Positions 25,831 to 39,410 of a stretch of 64,000 nt of DNA are shown in pieces. Within the stretch, counting starts at the first letter, position 1. Each line of letters starts with the position of its first letter. The position numbers and the translations under genes were made by a program. This stretch comes from Camelus dromedarius (Eukaryota): NCBI RefSeq assembly GCF_036321535.1, contig NC_087436.1, positions 17,794,001-17,858,000 of the forward strand, given 5' to 3'. Below the pieces are notes generated by a model that made no database searches, was not told the origin of the DNA, and saw only the letters and a list, made by a program, of their open reading frames with translations.

Positions 25831-27824
25831 CGCAGAAGAGTTCAGACCAGACCCAGCAGGGAAACCAGATATGCTAACTAGCCACCAAGTAGGACTCTAG
25901 GGCCTGGAACTGCATCAGACTCTGTGGGCATGTTCTAAAGATTTGCCAGAGAATGCAAATCTGTTGTCAGATCCAAGCAATAAACGCTGGCTGGAAATCA
26001 AAGATGGAGCAAGAGGTCAAACATCAAGTAGATGCAGAACCAGGCTGATGGAGGATTAAGATGGGGAAACGGCAACAAAGGTCCAGGAGTTTTGCCAGAG
26101 CTCCTTCTGATCAAGTTCTGGTCAGATGGTAGACCGGGTCAGAATAAACACCAGAGACGGTCGATCATTTCCAGTAACAAGAGGCCTGAAGGGCCACTGT
26201 GGGTTGGTGGGGGTAAGGAGTGGGCAATTAGATGTTCAAGTAACTTGGTTAATTTGGGAGGCAGATGCCACATTGCCCTGGAGTGAAGGAGCGTCTGTAA
26301 AGTGCAGGCTGTGCTGGAATGGAATTTAATGGAGTTTTGGGGTGGAAGCCTATATGCAGGCTGAGTTAAGAGAGACCTTGTTTAGGGTGTTTGTAGGCAT
26401 CTATTGGAGAAGGGTAAGCCTCTGCTGGAGAAGGTTGAAAGCGCGTATAATTTAAGGAACGGGAGGTGGGATGTGGGAGTCAGAGGAGATGGGACCAAAA
26501 TACCTGTGGAGAAGCTAGCTGTGCAAATCACATCGTATCTTGTTTTACCTTTTTCTTAAAAAAAAAAAAAACAAGAAAAATATGGATAAAGTATACCTGA
26601 GTGGTGAGGGATATTGAGGTAGTTCATAACTGATAGCCTTTGTTTTCTTAGTGAAGCCAGGCTGGGACGTCCAGTGAGAGGCCAGCCAGGTAAAGGCTTG
26701 AAAAGAGAGTAAAATGCTGGAATGGCAGCTGCAGAGAAAGAAGGCTGTCCGGGGTGGGTAGGGAATTAGATTTGCACTGAAGACCTAGCTCATAGAGAGA
26801 TAGGGTGTCCTCCAGCTGTGGTTGCAGCTAGAAGGTCTAAGAGTAGGGGGAAACAAATAAATAAAATGGACATTTTCCCAGGTAGAAACAAAGGAAAGAA
26901 AGGGGGATGAGGAATCCAAGAGTGGTGAAGAGGACTGACCACCGCACCCTGGGCTGCTTCAGGGCTGGAGTTATAGTCGATCACAAGTCCTACCGCAGCA
27001 CCCAACACATAAAAAGGCACACAGTAAATGTGGAATGAATGCATGAACCATTGAGTGAATGAGCGAATGGGCACAGACTCAAAATTCAGGCAGGTTATGG
27101 GGGAAATCAAGTGGGAAGATGTTAACAGACTGAAAGACTAGGAAGGATTTGAGAAGCAGGAGTGTGTGATAGGGCAGAACAGGTTTTGTGGGTGTCAAAG
27201 AGGATGAGAAGAGAAAGGATACAAGGTTATGGGCAGAGAGAGTCATTTCAAAATGCAAATGTTCAGAGGAACAGTTCAAGGGGATTAAAAGGTCCAAAAT
27301 GTGTTCCTGTAAATGGGGTTTGTAAAGTGGAGTGGAGCTGATTGTTAGTGTGAGGGCAGGCTGTTAGGTGGCTCATCGGTATATATCACCAAGTCACTTC
27401 GGATGACAGCAGACTCTGGAGTAAAGAGAGAAACTGTGAGCCAACTCCCAAAGTCCTTGAGGACTAAGAAGAAAATGACCCAGAGGTAACACTAACAAGA
27501 ACCTGTATATTTTATCAAGAGAATATTGGCTCTCCCTGCACTCAGCATTCTTGTGAGGATCAAATAGTTATTACATAAAATTTTTGTTGTTGGGAACAAA
27601 GAGATAAAAGTGGGCATCAGGTCCTTCAAAGGAGGAGAGATTGTTAAATGAAAATGACATAAAGTTGCCAGGAGGAAGTTTCCAGGAGACAGGATACTTT
27701 TGAGTTGTTTTCAAGAAGCTGAAATACAGGAGCAACACCTAGAGAGATGTAGGGAGGGTCGCAGTATGTGGATTAAATACAGGTTTCAGTAAAAGAAAAC
27801 AGGCAGAGAAAGTCATTTTCGCTA

Positions 27825-28045
27825 CTAAATATGTGCTAAATTCTTGGAGCTTTCCCTATATTATCCTGAATTCCCACAGCAGCCATGCATGTTAGATATT
27901 ATTACCTTCAGATTACAAATGAGGAAGCAGGGACTGTGGTTAAGTAAATTTCCTGAGGCTGCACAGTCATTAAACAGAGTGATCAGGATATGAACCCAAC
28001 TCAGGGATCACATCCCATCGCATCTCCACTCTACTCCATTACACT
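27825..28045 (-). mobile_element. MIR SINE
   Basis: tatgtgctaa...gatattattaccttcagattacaaatgaggaagcaggg...ggttaagtaaatttcctgaggctgcacag. Confidence 0.7.
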
Positions 28046-29306
28046 AAACCTTTATGTGTTCAGGGGAGATGAGAATATGACAGAATGATGCACAAAAGAA
28101 CTAGTAGAAGACAGAGGCAAAAGATAAGGGAAAATGAGCTGGAGGAGATAACGGGAGGGACCTGCCATTACTGATTATGGCACTGGGGATTATAGGAAGT
28201 TGGGAGGTGAACAGGAGGAGAGCCAATGAAACGAACCAGCCTTGAGTTTCAGCTGGAACTTTGATGTTCAGTGGTTGTGACGTCTGTATAAGTCCATTCT
28301 CACAAGGAGGGAAGTTAACTGAGTGCTTTTTTTTTTTTAATTTATTGAACAGTCAAGTAGCCATCTTGCCATGTAACAAGCATCCTTGAGGAATCAATTA
28401 AAAATTCCCGTCTCAGAGGACTTAGATATGTACAGCAACAGCTTTGGTTAATTTACTAATTCATCTAATCAGCCTGCCAAATTATTAGCCAATTCCCCTA
28501 AATCTTGTAATAATTCACAGATTAAAAAGGCAATGTCTTCCTGACTATCATTCTACAGAATTAGAGAAAACATACGGATACATCCTTTAAGGTCACTGAT
28601 CATGACTTTAATGCATTTTATGGAGGACAATTGATTAAATTGTATTTCTAAAGTATTTAGAATGTTTGGAAATGGTGCCTCCAAGCATTTTGAGTGTCAT
28701 TTTAATGATCTTGCTTGCGCTGTTTATTTCCTTGACAAATCCTTTATATAGAACACAGAGATATACATCAGCCAGGTCCCAAATGGCTCATCGAAAATTC
28801 AGAGTTAGGGACTTAGAATAAAGAGAACTGTTATTTAGTATAAATGCTGTGAAGCAGGGGCAGCCTTTACAGCCAGAGATTTGTAGACGTGCAAGGAATT
28901 TGACGTAACCTAAACATGACTGGGTTTCCAGGGGGCAGTTTCTTTTCTCAGTCCTAGTACATGTTAAAAGCCCCCAGACACACTTAGTTATACTTCTCAG
29001 TCTGTCCTCTACCCCTTCCCAACCTGCCTCAATATATATTCTAACTCCAGAAGTATTGGCAAGATTTATGGGGAAACCCACATACTGTATCCAAGAAACT
29101 TGCCCAGCTTCCTCCATTAGACTTTGTCTATCTAGTGAAGTCTGCCCTCTCTCTCTTTCCCCACTTAGCTTCTCAAAAACCCTCTCTGTCGTTTTCAGCT
29201 CTTCATCATCATCCTTTAGAATTCAGAGAATTGTCTTACCTACCCTCTCCCACAAAGAAGTCATGTTACCGAGACTCCTTTTACTGATCAAAAACTATTG
29301 ACTAGA

Positions 29307-29656
29307 TTCCACATATGAGTGACATCATATGGCATTTTCCTTTCTCTTTCTGGCTGACTTCACTTAGAATGATGATCTCTAGGTCCATCCATGTTGCTGC
29401 AAATGGCATTATTTTACTCTTTTTTTATGGCAGGGAGTTTGAGATTTACAACTGTTAGCCACTACATATAATAATAGATTTTTAAAAAGTTCCTTCTGTA
29501 TAGCACAGGGAACTATGCTCAATATCGTGTAATAACATTTAATGGACAAAAATATGAAAACGAATATATGTGTCTATATGCGTGACTGCAACATTGTGCT
29601 ATCCACCAGAAACTGACACATTGCAATTGGCTGTACTTCAATTAAAAAAATAAAAC
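29307..29656 (+). mobile_element. 5'-inverted L1 insertion with 16-bp TSD
   Basis: Antisense piece ttccacatatgagtgacatcatatgg...ttttttatggc (~29307-29430) joined to sense 3'UTR gggagtttgagatt...tacttcaattaaaaaaataaaa; TSD aaaactat(tg/ca)actaga at 29291-29306 and 29657-29672. Confidence 0.9.
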
Positions 29657-30369
29657 AAAACTATCAACTAGAGAAGGCTTGTGTGGCACAGCTATGGGTA
29701 GAATAGGGTTCTGAAGAGCCTCTGGCTTTTTTTCACCACCACATTCAGTAACCTTGAAAATCCTTCTAACTTTAAAGTTCTATCATTTGTCTGCTCTGTG
29801 ACTCATGATGAACTTGGACATGGGTCTATGACAGCCGAAATAAAACTAGAGTAATGTGAAAGGTTTGGGCTTATACGGGAAGAGGACTTTACGTCTCTGC
29901 TTTAATAGCATGGTCCTTGATGGATCAGAAATGCCCAGATACAGGAAAACTAATGACTTTTCATAACGTTATGTACATGTACATGGCCATGGCCTTATTG
30001 TTTGGTTTTTAGTCGGTATATGGGGATTGTTGAGTTCATCTTTTTTTTCTTTTTGTTTCTGGTTTCCAACTTTAAATTATTTAATGTATGAAACATGCCA
30101 ATTAACCAAGCAAGAACACATTTTTTTTGTATAGTTCTACACAATGGAAGAAATATAAATGTGTTTTACATGATAAATAATTTTTAAAAGTTACTAGAAG
30201 TCAGCAGCCATCAACCTGATTTGCGTATGGCCTTGCAAAACACAGTGTCAAAAAATACTTTGCAGATGATGGTCCATATGGAGACGTGGCTTCACGTGTT
30301 TATGTCTTGAGTTTATTGGCTCGATTCTCAGGTGCCACACCACGAATTGAGGACAATGGGGTATTATCC

Positions 30370-30800
30370 ATTTACAACGTGTTTGTATCAGCTGGCCATT
30401 TTTTGCGCTCAGGGGGATTTAGGCTGAGCTCAGCTGGGCTCCTTCCTTTGTGTGTCTGTGATGGGTCGTTGATCAGTTTCAGGTCAGATCTGAAGCCTCA
30501 GGTGAGGTCTTGACCTTGGCTGGGCTCTCTCACCTGTCTGGGCCTTCCGCAGGGAGAACAGCGCTGACTTAGTTCTGCTCCTTGCGGTCTCTCCCTCCCT
30601 AGCTACATAGGCAGGTCTTGCTTACCTGATGGAGGAGGGGCTCCCCAAAGAGAGAAGTCTGTAAAGCTTCTGAAGTCCTAGGCTGGGCACACCCTCCCTT
30701 GTACCACACTCTGCAAGGTGAGTGCCATTTCAAGGTGGGGTTACACGGGCGCCAGCTCTTGATGGACAGGCCTGCACTTCGCACTGCTGAGAGCGCAGGT
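30370..30800 (-). mobile_element. Old MaLR LTR (MLT1-type), degenerate
   Basis: tcagggggatttaggctgagctcagctggg...tctgaagtcctaggct...cttgatggacagg. Confidence 0.5.
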
Positions 30801-33800
30801 GCAGGGAGGTATGAACAACAGCGCAGGGAGAGCAGCATAAGTGCGCAGCAGAGCGCTAGGCTTCGCCAAAAAGTGTTTTCCTAGCTGATTCAATAAACGT
30901 AAATGATCCTACCACCTTAGGGTTGCTTTGATGAATCAGGTGAACCAGACGAAATTCTTCGCTCCTATTAAATTCCAGTACACCCAAGCCAGGGTTGAAA
31001 TCTTAAGAGAAAACGTGCGTGGTCCTTTCAATTGCCATTTCCTCAGACTCTGGGCAACAGGGCATTTCACAAGAGCACGTGGGGTGGTGCCATGCTTTCC
31101 TGAAGGCAGTGCCAAGAAAGCAGCAGCCGTGTTTAACAGGCTATGAATTTTGGCCTGAGAAATTTCTAGGTAGGCAGCCTCATAGGAACTCACCCAGCCT
31201 CTTCCTGGAAGGTGGTCCTATCACCTCTATCAACTCGAGACTGAGCGAACTAAAGTAGCTTTAAAATCACTTCGCTGTACCAGGTAATGGGATCGCTGAT
31301 TCTTCATGCCAGAGTTGATATTCTAAATGCTGTTTGAAACCAGTATTTCATAAAGTGCCCCATGATAAGTAGTTTGTAGAGATTAAGCTTTTGAATTATT
31401 TTCATTCACCTTCACATGATGAGCAAGATAAAACGTGAACTCAATTTTTAGGCATCTATTTCTGTCCCACATAGCTTGATACGTTGTATTGATGCGATGC
31501 AGGGGTGCTGAATGGGTGGTGCAGCAGTGCAAATGTCTGTTTACCTGCTATTTGAAAATGCCACACTGCTTTCACTGTTTGCACAAAAATTAAAATGTAC
31601 TTTTCTAAGTAGCTTGTCTAGTCTCCTTGTCAATTTTGAAATCTCATTTTCTGGAGTTTTATCATTTATTTGTTTCATTGTTTTATATGCTTATTTGTTT
31701 ATATCCAGATTTAGATCAAATGATGCTAGACTTGACAGCCAGATTTCTTTCCTAGATATCCAGATGTGAGAAGATACAGTGACCTTTATTTGCCTTTTTT
31801 TGATGGACACTGAATTATAAATCGGAAATGGAGAGTAGCTGTTTGCTGGGGCTTTAATTAGCATCTCACTCACCACCTAGTTCTCTTAATAATTAAAGGC
31901 TGTCTAATTTAATACAAGAAGTTTGCCAAACTGGCTGCTGATTTATGAATTTATAAATGTATTAAACTCTTTCACCTTTAATATAGAGAACAACAAACTA
32001 TATTTATTACACAGCTGAACTGTGATTACTGTTACTGTATTTGAAAATAATTGCACCCCATCAGATATGTACAAGATACAAGAAAGAAACAATGAAAAAT
32101 CAAATAGAAAGCAAAACCCAGTCTCAAGATTTAAATATTTATGTGTGGAGGGATCTACAATTCAGCTCTTAAAAGACAGTTCAATTTTCCTTATCTACTG
32201 ACATACAATATATTTTAAGAAAAAAGAAAGAAATTGATCTCAAAGTAATATTTTTCAATTAAATGTGGCACTTAAAATTAATTTTTAATATGAGAACACT
32301 ATTTTTCATCATTATAATTTTTTTTAGAAAGAAGAGTCTCAGAATCAAAATGAGAACTTTCTAAGAATTGTTACTAATCTCCACCTCAAGTGACATGGGA
32401 AACTTTTGAGCCCAGCCTAGCCAAGTTCTCTTTTTACAGGTTGGAAAACTGAGTCTCTAAAGCAAACCAGAGACTTGGAAGCTGGGAGAGGGTGCGAGCA
32501 CTGGAGTGAGGAAGAAGGGAGGTGTTAGAAATGGTCATTTAATGGAAGCACAGATGACCCAACTAAAGACATTAACTACTTCAATGTACAAATAATGGGG
32601 TTCGCACTGTTAATTCTGTGGAGGATTTTTTAATCTGGCTTGAAGGCAGCAGGAATGCTCAATTATAGTGATAAACATGATGCCCACACCACATCTCAGC
32701 AGCCATCCCTTATAATTTAATGAAAATCCCTTATTGATAGAATATCATTTGATGGGTAACTTCAAAGTAATTTATCTATTTATGCTGACACTGAATTTTA
32801 TTCTTGAAAAGTAAGTTTTTGTTTTTATGACATGACAATCGCCTCTAGAACACAACTTCAAGTCAACATAAAGTATGCAGATTTCTAAATGCCAGGGAGA
32901 AGCCAACTAAACAATCACAATGACTTTGAACTCTTCATCCCAAAGATGCATTGGGTGCATTTTTTATAAATTGAAATAATAAATAATAGATTGGGTCTAA
33001 AAGTAATTCGTGTTTTTGCTGAGCCATCTACTCTCAAAATATCTGGATTCTGAGTCTCTAATACATCACACTGTGAATTTTAATCCTATCTCAAACTCTT
33101 ACGTGTGTAGGCAAAAGCAAGACTTTGTGTTTCTTTTAAAGTTTTTGTCTTTTCTTCCTGTCTGCCAAAATAATTTCCTTTTCATTCAGAACACATAAAA
33201 AGGAAGAGGAGGAGGTTAGAAATTATGTAACATTCTGCTCCATCCATTCCAGGTTGTCGACCACTCTAATTTATTAAAATATGGAGTTTTCATTCAAAGG
33301 AAGTAATTTCTTAACTCATCTAAATTCAGTAAGTAAAAAAAAATTTTTTCATAAAGGCACAGGCAGCCGTCTGCCCTGCCTCCTCATTCTGACTGGGCCA
33401 TTGTCTCAGCCAACAAGCAGTGCTATAATTTGCTACATTGATAAGGTAGGCAGGCAGGCAGGCATTTTTTGAACTTTGCCAGATTGGAAAACTGGCAGCA
33501 ATTCTTTTGTTTTCTGACGCCATGATGGAAATATACAGAAATGCTAATCACTCTCATTGTTTATTGCCTAGGATGTAAGTACTTTGATATCACACTTCAG
33601 GTAAGAGATTTAGAATAATAACCAAGGGTGAGTCTTCCCTGACTCAGTGACTCTGTGGTTCTCGGATCCAATATATGGAATACAGACACCAGCTCTGGCC
33701 CTCACTTATCATGCGATCTTAGACATCCTCAAGGTTCTGTCTATACCCACTCATGTGACAGTGATTACGTCCTTATATTCTGCTTTCTGTGTGCCTAGAT

Positions 33801-34084
33801 GTTACTTTGCCAGCTTGACGTGATTTACGTGATGAAGGACAACGTACCCCATACATATTTGTGTTTCCTAGTCTGAATATCAGATATGTGTGTCAATCGA
33901 TTTTGAAGCCAAATGAATGTTCTGCTTGTTCTTTATAAGTCACATCTGTTGAACTCTGATGCTTGTAGAAGGGCTTTTAGCTCTTGAACCCATTGTGCAC
34001 AAGTCCCAGTTCCATTCTCTTCTCTTCTAAGTAGACCCGCTGGATGTGTTTAATTTGGAATGGAAAAAGGAAGATTGCTTAGGG

Positions 34085-34360
34085 CATAGTTTCCAAAAAT
34101 GTGTTCAGATGTTAATAGATTTTATTTTTAGGGTTCCATAGTCAAATGAGTTTGTGAAATGGAAGATTAAAATTAGTTAAAGCAGGTTTCTTTATGGAAA
34201 GACTGCTCTGGAAATGTAATATGCTAATGAGCAATTATAAGTCCCTGAGAGAGTGATAAAGTATGTGGTTTCCTACCTAGCCGGCCATAAAAACCATGAT
34301 TTTGGAGAGCAGCTCACATGACTAGTTTTCTGCAGAACACTTTCATTTTGTGAAACCCTG
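34085..34360. mobile_element. Non-autonomous hAT-Charlie-type element, degenerate
   Basis: catagtttccaaaaatgtgttc...gtcaaatgagtttgtgaaatg...taatatgctaat...agaacacttt...tgaaaccctg with imperfect inverted ends. Confidence 0.5.
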
Positions 34361-34454
34361 ATCTAGGAAGCAAGACAAGGAAGACTTGAGTAAATACAAA
34401 AGGCAAGAAGCAGCGAGCTAAAAGGAGGCAAAGTGATATTTGGAGGAATCAAGA

Positions 34455-34865
34455 TGGAGTATAGTTGGGATACCTAGGTTATTGTGCAGCAGTGACCAAA
34501 AAAAAAATAAAACCCAATATATTAGTGAATCAAAACTGATAGTGTTTATTTTTCCTTCATGCCTAATGCCAATCAGAGATGGCTGAGTGCACTGCTCCAC
34601 ATGGTCTTCAACCAGCCATGCAGGTGGAAGGGCTTCCATCGATCTGGAATGTCACAGAGGACAGTGACATTCACAAGGGGAAGGGAATTTAGAGAATCAC
34701 ACGTGGATTATTAAAAGTTTCTACCCCAAAGTGGCCCATACAACTTCTGGTCACATCTTATTGGCCAAAGCACATTACCTCCCTAACTCATAGGACATGG
34801 GGAAGTATAATGTCATCACATGTCCCCGAGAAGAAAATCAGAATATTTGTGCATATGTTCCTAAT
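34455..34865 (-). mobile_element. Old MaLR LTR (MLT1J/K-like)
   Basis: agttgggatacctaggttattgtgcagcagtgacc...aagtggcccatacaacttctggtcacatcttattggccaaagca. Confidence 0.6.
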
Positions 34866-34879
34866 GACTAGCCAGAGGC

Positions 34880-35192
34880 TGAGGTCAGCTGCCTCCCTCA
34901 AGGTCATGCACCTTTCCCTGCATCCTATGACTCATCATTGTAGGTGTCTAAAAGCCAGGGCCCTCCCTCCAGCTCAGGAGGATTCTGAGTAACTATCCCA
35001 GTTTCACAGGCTTTCAAAGGGGTTGACTGAGGCCTTTGTTAAGACCCCATCATGACCCAAAGCTTCCCTCTCCCCAGTCCTGCTTCTTCACTTCCTTCCC
35101 AAAAGATGTTCCCAAATGCGCTCCCTAGGGAACCTCCAGCCTGCTAATCTCTGTCTCAGAATCTGCTTTATGGGGAACCCAGTCTGCTATAC
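34880..35192 (+). mobile_element. ERVL LTR (LTR16-like) 3' part
   Basis: cttccctctccccagtcctgcttc...gctaatctctgtctcagaatctgctttatggggaacccagtctgc. Confidence 0.65.
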
Positions 35193-35199
35193 TGTACAA

Positions 35200-36440
35200 C
35201 ATAGGTCTTTGAATAATATGATATTGTTTTGTGTATTTTTAAACTTAATATAAATACACATTCCACAATTTGCTTTTTTTCCCCTTCAAATTATGTTTTT
35301 GAGGTTTATTCATGTTGACTCACGTAGCCCTAATTGTTTACTTTAACTGATTTTGGGAAAACACCACAATGTACTGATTTATCCCCCTATTAATGAGAAT
35401 TTGGGTTTTTTCCAACTTTTTAATAATTATAATCTTGCTGAGATTCTTTGTACATACCCACTCGTTTCCATATGCAAGAGTTTCTCTAATATACATATGC
35501 CTAAAACAAGAATCCCAAGAAAATAGAGCATATACATTCTCAATTTTATTAGATGTTGTATATCTCTGGAATATGAGCAGAGCTGAACTCAAACAACCAT
35601 TTCTTTTTCTTTTTCTGTAATTGCCTATTCTTCTCTTTGCCCATTTTTTCCCATTGAATTCTTGATCTTTTTCTAACTGAGCTTAGAAAATGTACAATCC
35701 TGATGCCACTCTTTGTCAGATACACAGTTTGAAATATCTTCTCCTGGTCTGTGACTTGCCTTTTACCTTGATGTCTTTTTTATAAATAAGCCCCAAATTT
35801 TAATGCAGTCAAATATATTCATCTTCTTTCCTTTAGGGCCTCTGAATTTTCTGTGTTATTTAGAAAAATTTTCTCTACCCCAAATCTTAAACGTTCACTG
35901 TATTTTTCTTGAAGGTATTATGGGTTTTGCTTTTCACTTTGACCCGTTCATCCACCTGGAGTTTATTTTAATTTTGTGTATGACACAGTAGATATTTTCT
36001 TTTCAATAGGGTCCATCAGCTGTCCCAACAGCATTTTCCCCAAACTGATATTCACACTAATTTGTAATGCCACTTCTGCGTGTGTGTGTGCATGTGCTGA
36101 GCCCTCTGTTCTGTTTAGCCTATTTGTCTATCTCTACACTGACAGTATTCTGATTTAATTACTATGATCTTGCAATAAATCTTGATATCTGAGAAGTCAA
36201 GTCCCTTTCCTTTGTTCTTCTTTAAAATTACCTTGGCTATGCTCAACCTTTTATATCAAGTGAATTTTAGACTCAACCTGTTAACTTCCATCAAATAAAA
36301 TTCTCTGTTGGAATTTTGGTTGAAATTGTATCACATTTTTATCTATTAATTTCAGGATAATTGATATCTTTATGATATTGAATATTTCCATTTATCAAAA
36401 TGCTGTGTCTTTAGAGACATTCTTTTTGACCATATATATG
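35200..36440 (-). mobile_element. Old L1M (L1ME/MC-type) fragment
   Basis: atgttttttgaggtttattcatgttg-like motif; ctttgcccattttttc; catccacctggagtttattt; ctgttggaattttggttgaaattgtat. Confidence 0.75.
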
Positions 36441-36608
36441 CCCAAGTCCCACTTTTTCAATAGTGTGGTCCACCCAAGGGATCATGAAAGTCAAGGAGAG
36501 GCTATGCATATGCATTGCTGCCCTGTTTTCTCTTTCAGTCTAAACAGGTTAAATTTGGCAAAAACGTGGTTGGATATAAGTGCAGTGCCTTCAGAATGAC
36601 AGATGCCT

Positions 36609-36726
36609 GGGGGTAGGGTATAGCTTAGTGGTAGAGTGCATGTTTAGCATGCATGAGGTCCTGGGTTCAATATCCAGTACCTCTACTAAATAAGTAAACC
36701 TAATTACCTCCCCTCACCCCAAAAAA
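36609..36726 (+). mobile_element. tRNA-Ala-derived SINE (Vic-1-like) with 16-bp TSD
   Basis: gggtatagcttagtggtagagtgcatgtttagcatgcatgaggtcctgggttcaat...aaacctaattacctcccc; TSD aga(a/g)tgacagatgcct at 36593-36608 and 36727-36742. Confidence 0.92.
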
Positions 36727-36904
36727 AGAGTGACAGATGCCTTAATAAAGGAGCTAGGATTTGAAACTATCTAAAAGGCTAAGAAATCCAACAAAAGTAG
36801 TACAGTTATGAGATTCAAAAGAGTTATGAAAAGCACTTAAACGTTAGGTGGGAAAGAAAAAGACTGGTCTTCCCTATTGAGAGTCATAAAGTTTGGCAGA
36901 CTGA

Positions 36905-37345
36905 TATTCATCATTCAGTCATTCAACAAACATTCATTAGTACCTAATATTTTCCAGACAATGTTCTGACCTTGGGGCAAGAATAGGAAACCAAATAAAA
37001 CTGCTGCCCTTTGTGAATCCACTTAGGGGAGGGACTTCTTAAATGCTTAATAAGTACTGAACACCCATTCTATAAAAATTATAATCACCTTTCAGTCCTG
37101 AAGGTGCTTATGAGAAGATTAACCATCATAAGATCACTAGGGCAATAATCAGTGCTCTGTGGCATGGTACAAGCTATAAATGCAATTCAAGTTTTGAGAA
37201 GAAAGATAATTGGAGATTGATTGAGAGTCATCATAGGTTTCCTCAAGGAACAGTGTCTTGTGCTGGAATTTGAGGATAAGTAGGATCTGGAAAGTAGGAA
37301 AGAGTGGGGAGAGTGTTTTAGGTGAGGCAGAAGGCAGCATGGTCC
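36905..37345 (-). mobile_element. L2 3' end, degenerate
   Basis: ttcatcattcagtcattcaacaaacattcattagtaccta...ggtttcctcaaggaacagtgtcttgtgctgg. Confidence 0.65.
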
Positions 37346-39254
37346 CTATGTCATGAGACTTACAGTCAATATGGGAAAGGAAGACTATGTATCTAACACT
37401 AAAGTAATAAACACTTATAACCCAGGTGTTTGCTGGAATCTCCTACCCTTCGACTTGAAGCCCCAAATCCAGACCTGGTTGAATTTCAAAACTCTTCTCA
37501 AGCTTTCTGCAAATCCCCAGGGGGTCCTACCTTTCATGGTGGTCACTCTGTCTACAGCACCTACATCCGCATGTGCTGCTGCTGTCTCCCCCGCCTTGAC
37601 AATCTACACCTCAAAATCTATCCCTTCACCAATTTGCAAAAAATATACTGCTCTCCCAGCATTCTCTGAGTTTATGTTAATTTCCTGAGCAATTGAGGAT
37701 CGTGGAGAATGATCACACTGGGCGATGCACAACCTTCTCTTGACTGCTCCACAGCCCCCTCCCTCCCAGTCTCCCCTCTCTGCTCCTCGTGTCTCCTTTT
37801 CTGAATTTCTTACAAGAACATCATATTCAGCTCTTTTTTTATGCAGATCAGTTCAGTGCTCCCTCAGTCCTTGACCCAAACTCTTGTTCCCAAACAAATC
37901 AAGGTGCTAACAAACAAAGGAGGAGATACCATTTTTTTAATGGCAGTTAAATTTATAAGTAATAAACCAACCCCCAGATTTTCTCACACAGAAAACACAA
38001 AAGAGAACAAACCAAGGCAGAAAAATAACTCTGTTTCAGACAGCATGGCAAAAGCTGGGGAAGTAAGGGCTACAGTAGTTCAGAGAAGGAAAAGATCAAG
38101 CAAGAAGGGTTTTAATGGAAGAGATAGATCTTGAATTGGACCCTAAAGAAAGGCCTGAATTAGTATTGCAGAGAGAGGAGGCAGGAGGTCATTTGAGGTA
38201 AGGAAATAGCTGTTAAGAAAACCACAGAGGAAAGAAAGAGCCTGGTATCTGGGAGAAGGCAGCTCTCAACAGAGAATTTAGAAGCAAGATAAGGCTGACT
38301 GGGTGCTGGAAATGCTAGATCATTAGACCCAAGGGTTTGGACTTATTCCAATAAAAATCAAAAGAGACTTTTATGAATATGCTTTAGAAGGCAGGGGGTG
38401 GGGGAAGCTTTGAGAGGGGTCTTAGAAACAAGAACCAGGGGTTCAAATACTATCAGAATTCTCTCTCTGTTTCCGATCTCTGCTTATTTCTGGAGGGTGG
38501 CTTCAATTTTCTCTCCTGAAAATCAGTTTTCTCTATCCAGGGATGATGGTGATTCAGCCAATTTCTTGTTGACCATCAATGGAGAAAAGACTCGCCTCTT
38601 GCCCCAGCTCCAAAAATCCAAGAGAAAGATTCTGTTGGGGTTGGCTTGAAATAATTAGCCACGCCTAGAACCAGCACTGTGGTCAGGAGGCTCAGCTTGT
38701 GGCAGACGAGGGCAGTTCTAATGGAGCACATAAGAAAGCACGACCAGATCTGGGGAGGGGTGAAAACAGGGAGTAAAGAAGGAAGGTGAGGCATGGACAT
38801 CACCACTGGGAGAGGCTCGTGCGTGAGGAAGCAAACACGGCTTGTTTTAAGGTTGAACCCACTGGCAAATCTTATGTAAAGAAAATTGATTTACTTTTTA
38901 GCAAGCCTTTATTGATAACCTACTAGTCTCAAGTTTCTATTATATCTCTCTAACTTTTTTTTCTTCACTGTCTTCTAATTTGAGTCATTAGCCATTATTT
39001 TGTGTCCTTCTAAGCCACTTTAAAGTCTTTTTGGGAAGAACAGAAATAAATTCTAATCAATTACTTAACAGTGGTTCTGAACCGATTATTAGGTTATGTT
39101 TCTGTTTTCAAGGAGCTCGTAGTCTAGGAGCAAAGATACTATGTGTGCTGATAGTTGTGAATGGAAAATGATAAATGCCATTAAAGAGGTACAGAGAAAA
39201 TTTTGTGAGTTTAGAGTTTCTTACTATAAGAAATAGTATTGTTAACCCAAACTT

Positions 39255-39410
39255 TTTTTTGTTTATGCTTTTTACTGGGGAGAGTGAGGTAATTAGGTTT
39301 ATTTATTTATGTGTTTATCTGTTTTACAATGGAGGTACTGGGGACTGAACCCAGGCCCTCATGCATGTTAAGCATGTGCTCTACCACTGAGCTCTGCCTT
39401 CCCCCTCCCC
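39255..39410 (-). mobile_element. tRNA-Ala-derived SINE (Vic-1-like) with TSD
   Basis: gaggtaattaggttt...ggaggtactggggactgaacccagg...gcatgtgctctaccactgagct; agaaatagtattgtt at 39229-39243 and 39411-39425. Confidence 0.92.

Noticed and set aside
32990..33020. Mariner/MADE-like terminal repeat (ttgggtctaaaagtaattcgtgtttttgc); also ttaggttggtg near 51155
   Set aside because: Too short, no partner inverted repeat found
33918..33932. TGTTCT-gct-TGTTCT direct repeat as a steroid response element for MR autoregulation
   Set aside because: Not the palindromic GRE/MRE, isolated, and no supporting context
36609..36686. tRNA-Ala gene
   Set aside because: Mutated stems, SINE tail, A-tract and TSD; same for the three other copies
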